Shown here piece by piece: positions 1-10,344 of a DNA stretch of 64,000 nt (the stretch's first letter is position 1; each line of letters begins with the position of its first letter). Source of the stretch: an uncultured Verrucomicrobiota bacterium. GTDB lineage: Bacteria > Auribacterota > JABMQX01. The translations under genes were made by a program, and so were the position numbers. Under the pieces are notes generated by a model. That model saw nothing but the letters and a program-made list of their open reading frames with translations. It was not told where the DNA came from and made no database searches. The stretch is from assembly GCA_964640185.1 (NCBI GenBank), contig CAZXGF010000014.1, positions 3,573-67,572 on the forward strand, written 5' to 3'.

Positions 1-1805
1 TCTTGTCCCGTCGTGCGGAAGGTGAGCAGTTCGCCCTTCACCGGTTTTATCCAGGCGTTCAGGTTGTTGATGTCGCCCAGCAGCGGCGGCGCCGTCGCCA
101 CTCCCTCGAACTTATACCAGTTCTGCGACGTATGGGTGTTCTCCGTGGTGAGACCTTTGCCCCCGAGCTTCCCGGCGAGCACGAACGGCCCGTACATGAG
201 CGAGACAAGCGTCTTGTCGTCCGGCATGGCGTCCGGGTGCAGGCTCATCGGCATTGCCACCTCGAGCTTGTCGCCATCTTTCCAGGTGCGGTTGACCGCG
301 AGATAGCTGCACGGCTTGACGTTGCGCTTCAGCGGCTCGCCGTTGAGCTTCACGGTCACGCCTTTGCTCGCCCAGTACGGCACGCGAACTCGCATCGAAA
401 ACTTGACCGGCTTGTCTGTCCTGACTATCAGCGCCGTGCTCTCTCGTTCCGGAAACGTCGTCTCCTGCCGGACCTTGACACCCTTTTCCTTCCATTCCGC
501 CTCGGAGGCGATGAATTGATTCACAAACAAGCTGTCGCCGCTGTGGAAGTAGATGCTGTCGCCGTACTTGGCGTGGTTCTCTATGCCCGTTCCCGTGCAG
601 CACCAGAACGACTCGGTCGGCAGGTTGAACATCTTCCAGCGCCCCGTTGCCAGCGTCACAAAGTACATCATCATGCCGGTTTCGGGGTTCTGGGTACCGA
701 GAATGCTCGTCCAGAGCGCCCGTTCGTAGTAGTCGGCGTATTTCGGGTTCGGCTTCCAGCAGAACAGATGCCGGGTCAGCTTGAGCATGTTGTACGTGCA
801 GCAGGTTTCCTGAGTGTGGTCGCCGAGCTGGTCTGCCAGTTGATACGGGTCGCTTCGCCAATGCTCCTCGTTACTCGTCCCGCCGGTGCAGTACGTGCGG
901 GCACTGGTGACCTCGTTCCAGAAATACTCGGCGATTTTGCGGTCGCGTTCGTTGCCGCTCATTTCATACTGCCGGGCTGTGCCAATCATATTCGGGATGA
1001 ACGAGTTCACGTGCTCGCCCTTGAGCTTGTCTTCCCCCCTCGCCAGAGGTTCCACGTAACGTTTCTGGTCGAAGCGCCGGGCCATGGCGAGGTAATCCCT
1101 GTTGCCGGTCACCGAGTAAAGGTTTGCAAGGGTCTCGTTCATGCCGCCCTGCTCGGTGTGATTGAGGATGCGATCCATCTGGGCTTCGTCAATCTTACCG
1201 AGACGCCCCTTCAGCCAACCTGCCATCTTTTCGACGATTTCCAGAGCCTGCTCGTTGCCGCAGTGGCTGTACATGTCTTGCAAACCGGCGAAAACTTTGT
1301 GGAGGGTGTAGAAAGGCGCCCAAACGCGCTGACAATTCTCCACCCGATCAATGAGCGATTCCGGAAACGCGCTCAAGTAGCCGCTGTCGCCGAGCGCCTT
1401 CTGGCACTTCGCCAACTCGGCGAGGATGGCATCGGCCTTTGCCTTGAGTTTTTCATCCCCCGTGCTGGCATACATCAACGCGCACGCCGAGAGATAATGC
1501 CCCAGCGTATGCCCGCGAAGCTCGCAATTGGGCCGCTCCCACCCGCCGAGCGGCTCGGCATCGGTCGGCAGACCCGCATTGATCCGCCACGTGTGCAGAA
1601 GGCGGTCGGCGTCGAGCGAATGCAGGTATTTCCTGTCGCGTTCCATCGCATCCCTGAACGGGCCGTCGAGAAGCTTCACCTGTTTCAGATTGAACGGCCT
1701 CGCCTTGAGCGAGACCTTCAGTCGCTCGACCGGCTCCTGGCTCCAAACGCTTTCCGTAAGCAACGGCACGGTCAGCGCTGCAACGAGCAAGCTGATTCTC
1801 AACAT
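1..1805 (-). CDS. Beta-L-arabinofuranosidase-family glycoside hydrolase (GH146/GH127, DUF1680 type), secreted; 3' end runs off the window
   Basis: Not in the ORF track because there is no stop in the window. My translation from ATG 1805 (RBS AAGGAG) gives a signal peptide MLRISLLVAALTVPLL, then ELRGHTLGHYLSACA, EQGGMNE, ETCCTYNMLKLTRHLF and FWCCTGTGIENHAKYGDSIYF, motifs typical of this family. Confidence 0.88.
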   Translation of the reverse strand, partial: MLRISLLVAALTVPLLTESVWSQEPVERLKVSLKARPFNLKQVKLLDGPFRDAMERDRKYLHSLDADRLLHTWRINAGLPTDAEPLGGWERPNCELRGHTLGHYLSACALMYASTGDEKLKAKADAILAELAKCQKALGDSGYLSAFPESLIDRVENCQRVWAPFYTLHKVFAGLQDMYSHCGNEQALEIVEKMAGWLKGRLGKIDEAQMDRILNHTEQGGMNETLANLYSVTGNRDYLAMARRFDQKRYVEPLARGEDKLKGEHVNSFIPNMIGTARQYEMSGNERDRKIAEYFWNEVTSARTYCTGGTSNEEHWRSDPYQLADQLGDHTQETCCTYNMLKLTRHLFCWKPNPKYADYYERALWTSILGTQNPETGMMMYFVTLATGRWKMFNLPTESFWCCTGTGIENHAKYGDSIYFHSGDSLFVNQFIASEAEWKEKGVKVRQETTFPERESTALIVRTDKPVKFSMRVRVPYWASKGVTVKLNGEPLKRNVKPCSYLAVNRTWKDGDKLEVAMPMSLHPDAMPDDKTLVSLMYGPFVLAGKLGGKGLTTENTHTSQNWYKFEGVATAPPLLGDINNLNAWIKPVKGELLTFRTTGQ

Positions 1806-1845
1806 CGCCACAATCTCCTTTTCTTGGTGTCGGCAAAAAAACTCG

Positions 1846-4227
1846 TTACTTCGTGATGGTGATGACTCCCGCCGACCATCGTGGCATAGTGAACTTGATG
1901 GTCTGCTTTAGCGTTTTCACCTTGTGAGGAACGGGGCGGACCCTCTTCGGTTCATCCAACGTATTGCGGGCGCCCAGAGAATCGGGGGCCACGAGCTCCA
2001 TGCTCGCTTTCCTCGCCGGGAAATCTCCCTTGATTGTCAACTCAACCGCAACCTGTTTCTCGCCCGGGTTGACGACCTTGATGTAAAGCCTGTCGCCGTC
2101 AGCGGACTTCGTGGCTACCGCGTTCAGCGGGCCGGCGTCGCCAACAAGTTGAATCCTATTGGGCGCATAATGCTCACGCCACAATTTCATGACCACGTAA
2201 TTCGGCGCCGGAAACCAGGTGCAGTTATCGAAGTTGATAAACGCGTTGTCCCAGCTTCTCGCGGAGGCGTGTCGCAGAAACAAAGCCGGCCCCGCCATCC
2301 CGATGACGTCGCCGCAACGCTCGAACACGTTGAGGATCGAGCCGCAGTAAAGCCCCGTCCGCCAGTCGGTGCTTTGGGCGTTCCACTCCGAGACGTAGAG
2401 CTTCACCCTCGGATTGCTCGACCCGGCGATCATCTTCCCCAGGCCCCGCCAGAACGTTTCCGCCCGCCCGGGTCCGCTGCGATAGGCATCGGCACTTTCA
2501 TAATGATGCACGCTGAGATACTGGATAATATCAGCACACTGTTGCAGCACGACCTTGTCGCCTTCACCCCAGTTGCGACCGAGCTGCCCGCTGCCGCAGG
2601 CGGCGATGATGATGGATGAATCAACCTTCTTCATCGCGGCGACGAACTGCTTGACAACGTCCGCGTAATCGTCCGGTTTGAGCCGCCAGACCTCGTTATC
2701 TATCTCCCAATACTTGACGTTATACGGTTCGAGATGACCATTCTCGGCCCGCACCTTTCCCCAGTTTGAGTCGGCGTGTCCGTTGCAGTATTCGACCCAG
2801 TCGCAGGCGTCCCGGCAATAAGCGTCGCGTTTTTCCCGCGAGTCCGTCATGCCGATGTTTATGACAATCAGCGGCTCGGCGCCGACTTTTCGACACATGC
2901 GGATGAACTCGTCGGTCCCGAAAGAGTTGACATCCACGTCGTCCCAGATGCGGCGAGGATATTTGACTCGTTTGTGCTGCAGGCCGATGCCGTCCTTCCA
3001 GAGGTACTCCGAGGCGAAGCAACCGCCGGGCCAGCGGATGACAGGTGGCTTCAGGTCGGCGATAGCCTTCAGCAGGTCGGGACGAAAACCGCCTGTCTTG
3101 CGCGCAGATTTCGACATCATGCTGACCTGGTCAATGTACACTTTGGCCTTGCCGCGGACGCCGACCCGGATGGCGGCATTCTCGGCGCTCGCTTTCGGCT
3201 TGAGCTCAAAGGCGAACTGCTTCCACTCCGGGTTTGGCTCGGGCAATGCTCTTTCGGACAGCGTCTTCTCGCCGTCGAGCAGTCGCACGACAAGCCCTTC
3301 CGTTGCTTTGCCCCGTGCCCAAACCGAGCCGTAATACGTCTCGCCTCCGCGAATGCAGAGCGGCTTCTGCTGGAAACCGGTTTCACCGCTCTCGGAGACG
3401 ACAAGTTGGCACTTGTCGCAGTTGAGCGGGTTGTCGGCGCTCAAATAGGTTTTCCCGGGTCCGTACGCCTCCCACGAATGGGGCGATGCCGCCTGCCGCT
3501 TCACCTCGGGCAATCCCTCAAGGAGCTTCCTGCCGTCGAGCGAGGTCACCCGGACGTTGCGGTATCGGGCCTTCGTGCTCCATGTGCCGACGCCGACTCG
3601 CCCGGAGAGGTTGGCCCTGGCGTCGTCGGTGAAGTCAATCAGCTTGTCGCCGTCAAGCCAGACTCGAATATGTCGTCCTTCGCACCGGATTCGAATGCGA
3701 TACCATTTTCCACGCTCGATCTTTCCTGGAACACCGGGGCCGACCGTACCCCAGCGGTTCTCGCCCTTGACGCCACGTTCCAGAGAATGCCGCGAGTTGC
3801 CCCATCCGCCGAGGTTGGCCCAATAGAATTGTTTTTCCCTGCCGACGCGGAAGAGGATCAGGAACCCCTCCTGTCCGGCAATTTTCTGTGCCTCGAGGGT
3901 GAACTCGTAGTCGGTCCAGTCGGGGTTCCCGAAGACGAGCCGAACGTTCTCGGACAGGCCGTTTTGCACCAGGCAATCGTCCTCAATGCTCCACCGGCTG
4001 CCCGCGACGGCCCCGCCCTCGAAGCTGCGATCCCAGATAATCTCGCCCCAGAGGCCGCCGTTGACCGAATGGAAGATGTGTTCGAGGAAGTGACCGTAAA
4101 CCTTCTCGTCAATCCGGTTGACGACAGTGTCGGGGACCACCGAGAGTTCTACCGCCGACGCGCTCTGCACGCCGAGCACAGAGCCGATGATTAGCGCTAC
4201 CGCCCCACAGACCACACTTTGTTTCAT
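1846..4227 (-). CDS. Alpha-L-arabinofuranosidase (GH51) with an inserted DUF1080-like lectin-fold domain, secreted
   Basis: Signal peptide; IDEKVYGHFLEH, IRWPGGCFASEY, FGTDEF, VKYWEIDNEVW and VSEWN motifs; C-terminal GH51 beta-sandwich. A segment of about 180 aa (WSIEDD...RYRNVRV) interrupts the N-terminal region. Confidence 0.9.
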   Translation of the reverse strand: MKQSVVCGAVALIIGSVLGVQSASAVELSVVPDTVVNRIDEKVYGHFLEHIFHSVNGGLWGEIIWDRSFEGGAVAGSRWSIEDDCLVQNGLSENVRLVFGNPDWTDYEFTLEAQKIAGQEGFLILFRVGREKQFYWANLGGWGNSRHSLERGVKGENRWGTVGPGVPGKIERGKWYRIRIRCEGRHIRVWLDGDKLIDFTDDARANLSGRVGVGTWSTKARYRNVRVTSLDGRKLLEGLPEVKRQAASPHSWEAYGPGKTYLSADNPLNCDKCQLVVSESGETGFQQKPLCIRGGETYYGSVWARGKATEGLVVRLLDGEKTLSERALPEPNPEWKQFAFELKPKASAENAAIRVGVRGKAKVYIDQVSMMSKSARKTGGFRPDLLKAIADLKPPVIRWPGGCFASEYLWKDGIGLQHKRVKYPRRIWDDVDVNSFGTDEFIRMCRKVGAEPLIVINIGMTDSREKRDAYCRDACDWVEYCNGHADSNWGKVRAENGHLEPYNVKYWEIDNEVWRLKPDDYADVVKQFVAAMKKVDSSIIIAACGSGQLGRNWGEGDKVVLQQCADIIQYLSVHHYESADAYRSGPGRAETFWRGLGKMIAGSSNPRVKLYVSEWNAQSTDWRTGLYCGSILNVFERCGDVIGMAGPALFLRHASARSWDNAFINFDNCTWFPAPNYVVMKLWREHYAPNRIQLVGDAGPLNAVATKSADGDRLYIKVVNPGEKQVAVELTIKGDFPARKASMELVAPDSLGARNTLDEPKRVRPVPHKVKTLKQTIKFTMPRWSAGVITITK

Positions 4228-4289
4228 TATCGTGCCTCCTATTGTTCAGGGACAGTTGGCTTGAGAGTTCTCATTTTCTGGCCCACCGT

Positions 4290-4373
4290 CTCTCGCCAAG
4301 ACGCTAAGACGCGAAGAATCCTCCCTACGTGACTGTCAGTCCTCTTTTTTGCGTCTTCGCGCCTCTGCGAGAG
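4290..4373. repeat. Imperfect inverted repeat (REP-like hairpin)
   Basis: CTCTCGCCAAGACGCTAAGACGCGAAGA (4290-4317) pairs imperfectly with TTTTTGCGTCTTCGCGCCTCTGCGAGAG (4346-4373). Confidence 0.6.
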
Positions 4374-4422
4374 GTTTCCTCTTTCAAGTACTCAGCAGGC
4401 GGTCGCAGTTGAAAGCAAAGTC

Positions 4423-5551
4423 TCACTTCCCATTCGGATTCAGTTCCTCAAGCGTCCTCTTCGCTTTTTTGACTCGCCTCTCCTTGTACTGTCGCCTGGC
4501 TTCCAACACCTTTTGATATTCTCGACAACTCTTGTTAGAATACAACAGTTCGCACGCCAAGAGCATCACTTTCTTATTCGGAACGATGAGCCGATTGTAC
4601 GGTTCGGCGGGCAAAACATGGGGTGGTCGAAGCCGATGACCCGCGCGACGTTATTGGCAATTTCGGTGTTAGCGTTTTGCTGCTTGAGCAAGTGGGGGTG
4701 CTGTCTCGGGTTCCAGGGTTTGAACCGCTCGGCGCGGCTCGACGCCAGAATGTCCACTTTGTCATTGTTCAGGCAGGTGTTGTTGAGGACGCGGTTGTGG
4801 TCGCCCTTGACGATGATGCCCTTTTCCCGGCAGTTCCAGACGACGTTGTGGTGTACGAGGAGGTTGCGGGTCTGGTCGTCGCCGCGAATCCCGTTGCCGC
4901 CCCAGTTGAACGCATTGTGGTCGTGCACCCAGTTGTACCGGATAACCGTCCCCGCGAGTTGGAGCCCTCCCGATTGAATCAGCGCTCCCTCGCCTCGAAG
5001 ACGTAGTCCCGGACCTTAGCCTCCACGTTGTGCCCGGCTGGGCTCTTGCCATTGAGGTCCCACAGATAGAGCCTGCCGGCGCCGCGGTCCAGATACCACT
5101 CGGTGGGGATGTCCAGCGCCTCCAGTTTCCCGGACAGGAAGTAATGGTCGAAGCTCGCCCATTTCCTCTTCGATTCCAGCCGGCGAGAGAGGTCGCGGCG
5201 GTACGTGAACCGGTCACCGCCCGCTTTGTGAGTGCGGACGACCCGCCGCCACGTCTGCCACGTGCCGACGTTCAACGTCGCGACCGCACCGCTCCAATCA
5301 ACGCCCGTTTTTGCCAACTCAGGATCAACCATCATGCCGTACTCGCCGCCTCGCACATAGCAGGTGTCTCCCGCCTTCATCATATCAGCCGCTTTCTGAA
5401 TCGTGCGGAACGGCTGCTCCTGTGACCCGGAATTGCTGTCGGCGCCGTCCACCGCTACGAAATATTCGGCAGCCTCCGAGTGAAAGCTTATCGCAACAAA
5501 AATCGCGCTCAAGCCCAACCACTGCTCTGCCCGCTTCACAATCCGCAACAT
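4423..5551 (-). pseudogene. Internally deleted, frameshifted right-handed beta-helix protein (DUF1565/PL9-like N-terminus), fused to an unrelated 3' fragment
   Basis: EYFVAVDGADSNSGSQEQPFRTIQKAADMMKAGDTCYVRGG N-terminus; stop at 4979; beta-helix repeats (ALIQSGG...YNWVHDHN...HHNVVWNC) resume in another frame; far shorter than intact proteins of this type. Confidence 0.75.
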
Positions 5552-5650
5552 ATTTCTCAACGAATATTTCCCAGATATGCTTTGTCGAGCCATGCTTCCC
5601 AGCCCTCCAATCGGGTGAGTTTACATTTGAGTGGGTGGATTGCAGAACCT

Positions 5651-6106
5651 AACGCAGCCGTATTCATAGTCGAAAACGCCGGGATACCGGCCTCTCGATT
5701 CCCTCATGCTGCCCTTGTTACGCACAGGCTTCGGCCCGTGCAAAAGCCCATGGTATCGGCCTCTTGATTCGCTGCCTGCGTCCCTGTTAGGCACGGGCTT
5801 CAGCCCGTGCTCGGCGTGCGGCCCGGCATGTTTAAGCCGGCTTCAGCCGGGCTTCTCGGCCAGGGGCTTTAGCCATTTCCACCAGACCCTGGCGGTTTTT
5901 CGTCCCTCCGGCCGGAAACCTCATCTCCGGCCGCGCTTTCGAGCCGCTTGTGGTTCTTCATGTGCCGGACGATGTGACGGCAGATGTCGTGAGAAACATG
6001 CTGCGGCATGGATGAATCCTTTTAGTCGAGAAGCCCGGCTAAAGCCTGCTCCCACAGGAACATATAGCACATCCGATGACCCACCGGCTGAAGCCGGTGG
6101 CTAAAA
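5651..6106 (-). mobile_element. Non-autonomous REP-flanked IS200/RAYT-like derivative, copy 1, with a 46-codon mini-ORF at 5869-6009
   Basis: Palindromes GCACGGGCTTCAGCCCGTGC (5791-5810) and CCACCGGCTGAAGCCGGTGG (6081-6100), plus a tandem unit of about 68 bp. An inverted homolog lies at 58969-59386. The mini-ORF start resembles the IS200 TnpA first strand (H-I-V-W-x-T-K). Confidence 0.65.
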
Positions 6107-6109
6107 ACT

Positions 6110-6181
6110 GATGTCTTTCATAGCCTTTTCCTTTTTGCAGCACCCGAATGCGTGATCGAACTTACGAACCAGAACACTAAG
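6110..6181 (-). repeat. 72-bp dispersed repeat X, copy 1 (IS-end-like)
   Basis: Reverse complement matches 59485-59556 at 60/72 nt; also aligns to 52488-52558. Confidence 0.8.
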
Positions 6182-6512
6182 ACGCCAAGCGTCCCGTGCG
6201 TCTTATCACTCGGAGTTCTGCAACACGGCAGAAACAAACCAAAGGCAACTTCTCCACCCGTTAGACGTGGCCACACCCCCTCGGATCATCGTAACATCCG
6301 GGCGACTTTCTGTTATTATACACCAAGTGCCGAAGCGCTGTCCCAAACCAGCAAAAAGTGGCGGTCACCGGCATTCGACCCACGCGCGGCAGCTTTCGTC
6401 ATGTCGAAAGGGCTGTCGCTGTACTTCGGCGGCAAGAAAAGGAGGAAGAGAGAGCTTAACGGAAAAAGGATGGGAAATGATGGCTTGACGCCGAGCGCGA
6501 AGGAGGTATGCG

Positions 6513-8057
6513 ATGAGAAGACGCGATTTTATAAAGAGTCTCGGACTTGGCGCGGCAGCGATGGCGATGCCGCCCGCCGCATGGGGAAGACCCACTGCGC
6601 GAGCCCCGAACGTCATTTTCATTCTCGCCGACGATATGGGTTATGGGGATGTGCTGTGCTACAACCCCGACTCGAAAATCCCCACGCCTCACATGGATAG
6701 CCTGGCGAAACAAGGCGTGCGCTTCACCGACGCCCATTCGCCATCAGCCGTCTGCACGCCGACGCGTTACGGTATCATCACCGGGCGTTACTGCTGGCGC
6801 ACGTGGCTGAAAAGCGGCGTTGTGGGCGGCTACACGAATCCGCTAATCGAGCCCAGCCGCATGACCGTTGCCTCGTTCTTGAAGAAACGCGGCTACACGA
6901 CGGCATTCATTGGCAAGTGGCATCTGGGCCTGGGCTGGACGAGGCACAACGGCTACGTAGGCTCCTGGAAGGATGCAAAGGCTCATTTCGATGGCTCCTG
7001 GCAAGATGGCGACCCCGAGAAGGGCATGAATGTTGATTTCACCAAGCCGATTCACGGCGGACCGACGGACCTCGGCTTTGACTACGCCTATTACACGGCT
7101 GCCTGTTCGACCATTGACGGCCCCTTCTGCTATATCGAGAACAACCGCACCGTAGGTATTCCCAATAAACCCATCTTCGTGGACAAAAAGAAGCATCCGG
7201 ATTATCGCCCGCGCCCGGGCTTAAGCGCCCCCGGATTCGAGCTGGAGAACGTGGACCCCACGTTCACCAAGAAAGCCATCGAGTTCATTCAACGAAGCAA
7301 GGAGAAAAACCCCGACCAGCCCTTCTTCCTCTACTTGGCGCTTTCAGCCCCTCACGCGCCGTGGCTGCCGCCGGCATTTGTTCAGGGGAAAAGTCAGGCG
7401 GGACCTCGAGGCGACCAGGTCGTCTTAGTTGATTGGTGTGTCGGAGAGACCGTGAAGGCCCTGGAACGCATGCGCCTGACTGACAAGACGCTGATAATCG
7501 TCACGAGCGACAACGGGCCGAGAAGGGGCGTGAACGGCCAAAAGTCTGCTGGCAATCTTCGCGGATACAAGTCTCACACCTGGGAGGGCGGTCACCGCGT
7601 TCCGTTTATCGCACGCTGGCCGGGGAAGATCAATCCCACCACCACCAACGAGCCGATATGTCTCACAGACCTGATGGCCACTTGCGCAGCGATTCTTGGT
7701 GTCGAGCTGCCCGACAATGGCGGCCAGGATAGCTACAACATTCTGCCCGCTCTCCTGGGCGAGAAGCTCGATAAACCGCTCCGCGAAGCGATTGTGTCGC
7801 ACTCTGTGTTCGGCGTGTTTGCGATCCGGCAGGGACACTGGAAGCTGATCCTCGAAAACCGGGACTCCGGCGGGTGGGTCCGGCCTGGCGGAGGCGGGCC
7901 CAAGCCAGGCAGACCTGGGCAGTTGTATAACCTCGATGAAGACCCCGCCGAGCAGAATAATCTGTTCGACAAACATCCCGCCATCGTCAAACGCCTGGCG
8001 TCGCTACTCCAAAGATACATGGAACAAGGCTACAGCCGCCCCAGGAGCAAAAAGTGA
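6513..8057 (+). CDS. Arylsulfatase (formylglycine-dependent S1 sulfatase), Tat-exported
   Basis: MRRRDFIK twin-arginine signal; PNVIFILADDMG, CTPTRYGIITGRY (CxPxR), GKWHLG and EGGHRVPF motifs; RBS AGGAGG. Confidence 0.95.
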   Translation: MRRRDFIKSLGLGAAAMAMPPAAWGRPTARAPNVIFILADDMGYGDVLCYNPDSKIPTPHMDSLAKQGVRFTDAHSPSAVCTPTRYGIITGRYCWRTWLKSGVVGGYTNPLIEPSRMTVASFLKKRGYTTAFIGKWHLGLGWTRHNGYVGSWKDAKAHFDGSWQDGDPEKGMNVDFTKPIHGGPTDLGFDYAYYTAACSTIDGPFCYIENNRTVGIPNKPIFVDKKKHPDYRPRPGLSAPGFELENVDPTFTKKAIEFIQRSKEKNPDQPFFLYLALSAPHAPWLPPAFVQGKSQAGPRGDQVVLVDWCVGETVKALERMRLTDKTLIIVTSDNGPRRGVNGQKSAGNLRGYKSHTWEGGHRVPFIARWPGKINPTTTNEPICLTDLMATCAAILGVELPDNGGQDSYNILPALLGEKLDKPLREAIVSHSVFGVFAIRQGHWKLILENRDSGGWVRPGGGGPKPGRPGQLYNLDEDPAEQNNLFDKHPAIVKRLASLLQRYMEQGYSRPRSKK

Positions 8058-8083
8058 AGGACCTTTCCCGGGGGGCGCCGCCG

Positions 8084-8157
8084 CGGCTGCGTCTCCGTGG
8101 TACGGAGGTCCGCTCTTTTGTCCCGGGAGCGAACCGTATGTTTAGGAGCGATTTATC
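8084..8157. repeat. 74-bp dispersed repeat, copy A (relic of a coding sequence)
   Basis: Ungapped 60/74 match to 42125-42198; 9 of the 14 mismatches fall at one codon position. Confidence 0.75.
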
Positions 8158-8285
8158 ATGCCCCTTCAGGGCTTTTGGACTTCATCCTTTGCTATTCCCA
8201 AGGCGTTGCGGCAGATTTCTGTTGTGCGAGGCCTGCGTCGTGTGCTAAAAAACGGATGAAGGAAGAAACTCCTATGGGAGGTGAG

Positions 8286-9395
8286 ATGCTGCTCAAGGTC
8301 CTTTTGCTATATTCTCCCGACCATTCTGGCCACAAAATGGCCGCTACTGCCCTTGCGGAAGCGTTTGCCATTCGCCATCCCCGCGTAAAGGTAAGGGGGA
8401 TGAATCTAATCAAGCACACAAACCCTCTCCTGGGGGCGGCAGCGACGAAAACGTACCGAGGATTGATCCGGAATAACCCGTCCGTATGGCGATATTTCTA
8501 CGATAATCTGGCCTTCAAGGAAAAGACCGAGAAGCTCAGAGATGCGGTTCACCTCAGCAGCTACCTCCGCCTGCGGAAGATTATTGAGGAGTTCGAGCCG
8601 GACGCTGTCGTCTGCACGCAGGCGTTTCCGTGCATCATCGTTGACATGTATAAGAGTCTGACGGGTAATAGGGTGCCCCTGGTGGGCGTCGTGACGGATT
8701 TCTTCGTTAATCTTTACTGGAAACTGAACGGCGTGGATTTGTTCTGCGTCGCGGCGGAAGAATCTAAAAGCGATTTCCTCCAAATGGGAGGAACATCGGA
8801 TAAGATAGAAGTGACCGGCATTCCAATACGCCCGCGTTTCGCGCTGGCGGCGGATTCCCAGGAACAGCAGTCGTCTCCCTCACAGAGAGCGGTGTTGCTC
8901 ATGGGGGGAGTCCGGGGCCTTGGGCCGATGCTCCGGGTGGCAGAGAGGCTTTGCGACCTCAGCGAGCACGTGCAGGTCGTTGCTGTCACCGGGAGGAATA
9001 AACGGCTCCAGAAGAAGTTCGACGGCCTTGCACGGAAATATCCTGAGCGACTGGTCATCTTGACGTATGTGGACAACGTCCACGAGCTGATGTCTCGCTC
9101 CGAGCTGCTTATCTCAAAAGCGGGTGGCTTAACCACTTCCGAATCGCTTGCGAGAAGGCTACCGATGGTGCTGATGTCGCCGATTCCCGGACAGGAGGTG
9201 CGCAACGCGAGACTTCTCGTCGAAAAAGGGGTGGCGGTCCTGGCAAGCAGCGCCGACGAAGCCGCCCGAAAAGCCGCTGATCTCCTTCGAGACGGTGGCA
9301 GGTTGAGCCGGATGAAGAGAAGGATGGCGGAGCTAAGCCGCCCCGATTCCTCCTTCCGCATCGTTGATAGGATTCTGGCGATGCTGGGCGGATAA
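8286..9395 (+). CDS. MGDG-synthase/UgtP-like glycosyltransferase (GT28), glycolipid synthesis
   Basis: SGHKMAATAL, EPDAVVCTQAFP, VTDF, TGIPIRPRF and LISKAGGLTTSESLA...PIPGQEVRNA motifs; start moved to ATG 8286 behind GGAGGT. Confidence 0.88.
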   Translation: MLLKVLLLYSPDHSGHKMAATALAEAFAIRHPRVKVRGMNLIKHTNPLLGAAATKTYRGLIRNNPSVWRYFYDNLAFKEKTEKLRDAVHLSSYLRLRKIIEEFEPDAVVCTQAFPCIIVDMYKSLTGNRVPLVGVVTDFFVNLYWKLNGVDLFCVAAEESKSDFLQMGGTSDKIEVTGIPIRPRFALAADSQEQQSSPSQRAVLLMGGVRGLGPMLRVAERLCDLSEHVQVVAVTGRNKRLQKKFDGLARKYPERLVILTYVDNVHELMSRSELLISKAGGLTTSESLARRLPMVLMSPIPGQEVRNARLLVEKGVAVLASSADEAARKAADLLRDGGRLSRMKRRMAELSRPDSSFRIVDRILAMLGG

Positions 9396-9630
9396 GGATG
9401 GCAGGGCAAACCTTTTTGGAGGCGCGGGCACTAACTCGGTTTCATTGTCGCCGACATGCTTGGTGAGACCGCAATGCTCGTACCCTGCCCTCCGGGAATG
9501 GATTTCCCCCGGCAATTGTGCGGAAGGAACCTCCGATAGCCCCGGCGAACAGACGGCTGCCTCCCATCTCATCCAAAGCCGGCTCGCTGGACAATTCATG
9601 TTCGGCGAAGGAGCTCGTCAGGAGGGGGAT

Positions 9631-10344
9631 GTGGAAGTCTGCGCGCTTATCCCGGTTTACAACGAGGCGCCGTATATCGAGAAGGTCGTCAAAGGGTGTC
9701 TAAAGCATCTGATCGCGGCATACGTTGTGGATGACGGCTCCACCGACAACAGCGGGGAGCTCGCCCGGGACGCGGGCGCAATCGTTATGAGGCATCCGAT
9801 AAACAGGGGGAAGGGAGCCGCTCTCAGAATGGGGTTCGCCCACATTATGAAGGACGAAAGATGGGATGGCATCGTCGTCCTGGATGGGGACGGGCAGCAT
9901 GACTGGGAGGAGATTCCGAGGTTTATCTCCTATCTTCAGAAGGGAGGGTACGACATCGTTGTGGGCAACAGGATGCGTGATGTTCGCCCTATGCCGTTGT
10001 CCCGGAAGGCAACCAACTGTCTGTCATCGCGAATCTTGAGCACTCTGACAGGGCAGAAAATCGAGGACAGTCAATGCGGCTTTCGGTTCGTGAAAACCGA
10101 AGTTCTTAAAAAACTTGTTCTGACAACGACAAAATTCGATACCGAATCGGAGATGCTGGTCGAGGCGGCAAGGAAAGGGTTCAGGGTCGGGAACCTGCCG
10201 ATTCCGACGATTTACGGAGCGGAGAAAAGTTATTTTCGTCCCTTGCTGGATACACTTCGCTTCCTGCGAGTGGCGGCGAAATATGTCTTTCGACCAAGGG
10301 CAACGCCGCGGAAGGCTGACCCGGAGAGAAAAGAGAGATGCTGA
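9631..10344 (+). CDS. Glycosyltransferase family 2 (DPM1-like)
   Basis: LIPVYNEA, VVDDGSTD, NRGKGAAL, LDGDGQH and DSQCGFR motifs; GTG start behind GGAGGG. Confidence 0.9.
   Translation: MEVCALIPVYNEAPYIEKVVKGCLKHLIAAYVVDDGSTDNSGELARDAGAIVMRHPINRGKGAALRMGFAHIMKDERWDGIVVLDGDGQHDWEEIPRFISYLQKGGYDIVVGNRMRDVRPMPLSRKATNCLSSRILSTLTGQKIEDSQCGFRFVKTEVLKKLVLTTTKFDTESEMLVEAARKGFRVGNLPIPTIYGAEKSYFRPLLDTLRFLRVAAKYVFRPRATPRKADPERKERC

Noticed and set aside
3-1856. 617-aa plus-strand ORF, and the similar long ORFs 2776..4194, 30701..32299, 35645..36916, 48527..49510 and 29776..30978
   Set aside because: Antisense shadows of real genes in GC-rich DNA; no motifs and Arg/Pro-rich composition.
5869-6009. 46-aa peptide as a functional small protein
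   Set aside because: Of 25 nt differences between the two copies only about 3 are synonymous, consistent with neutral drift.
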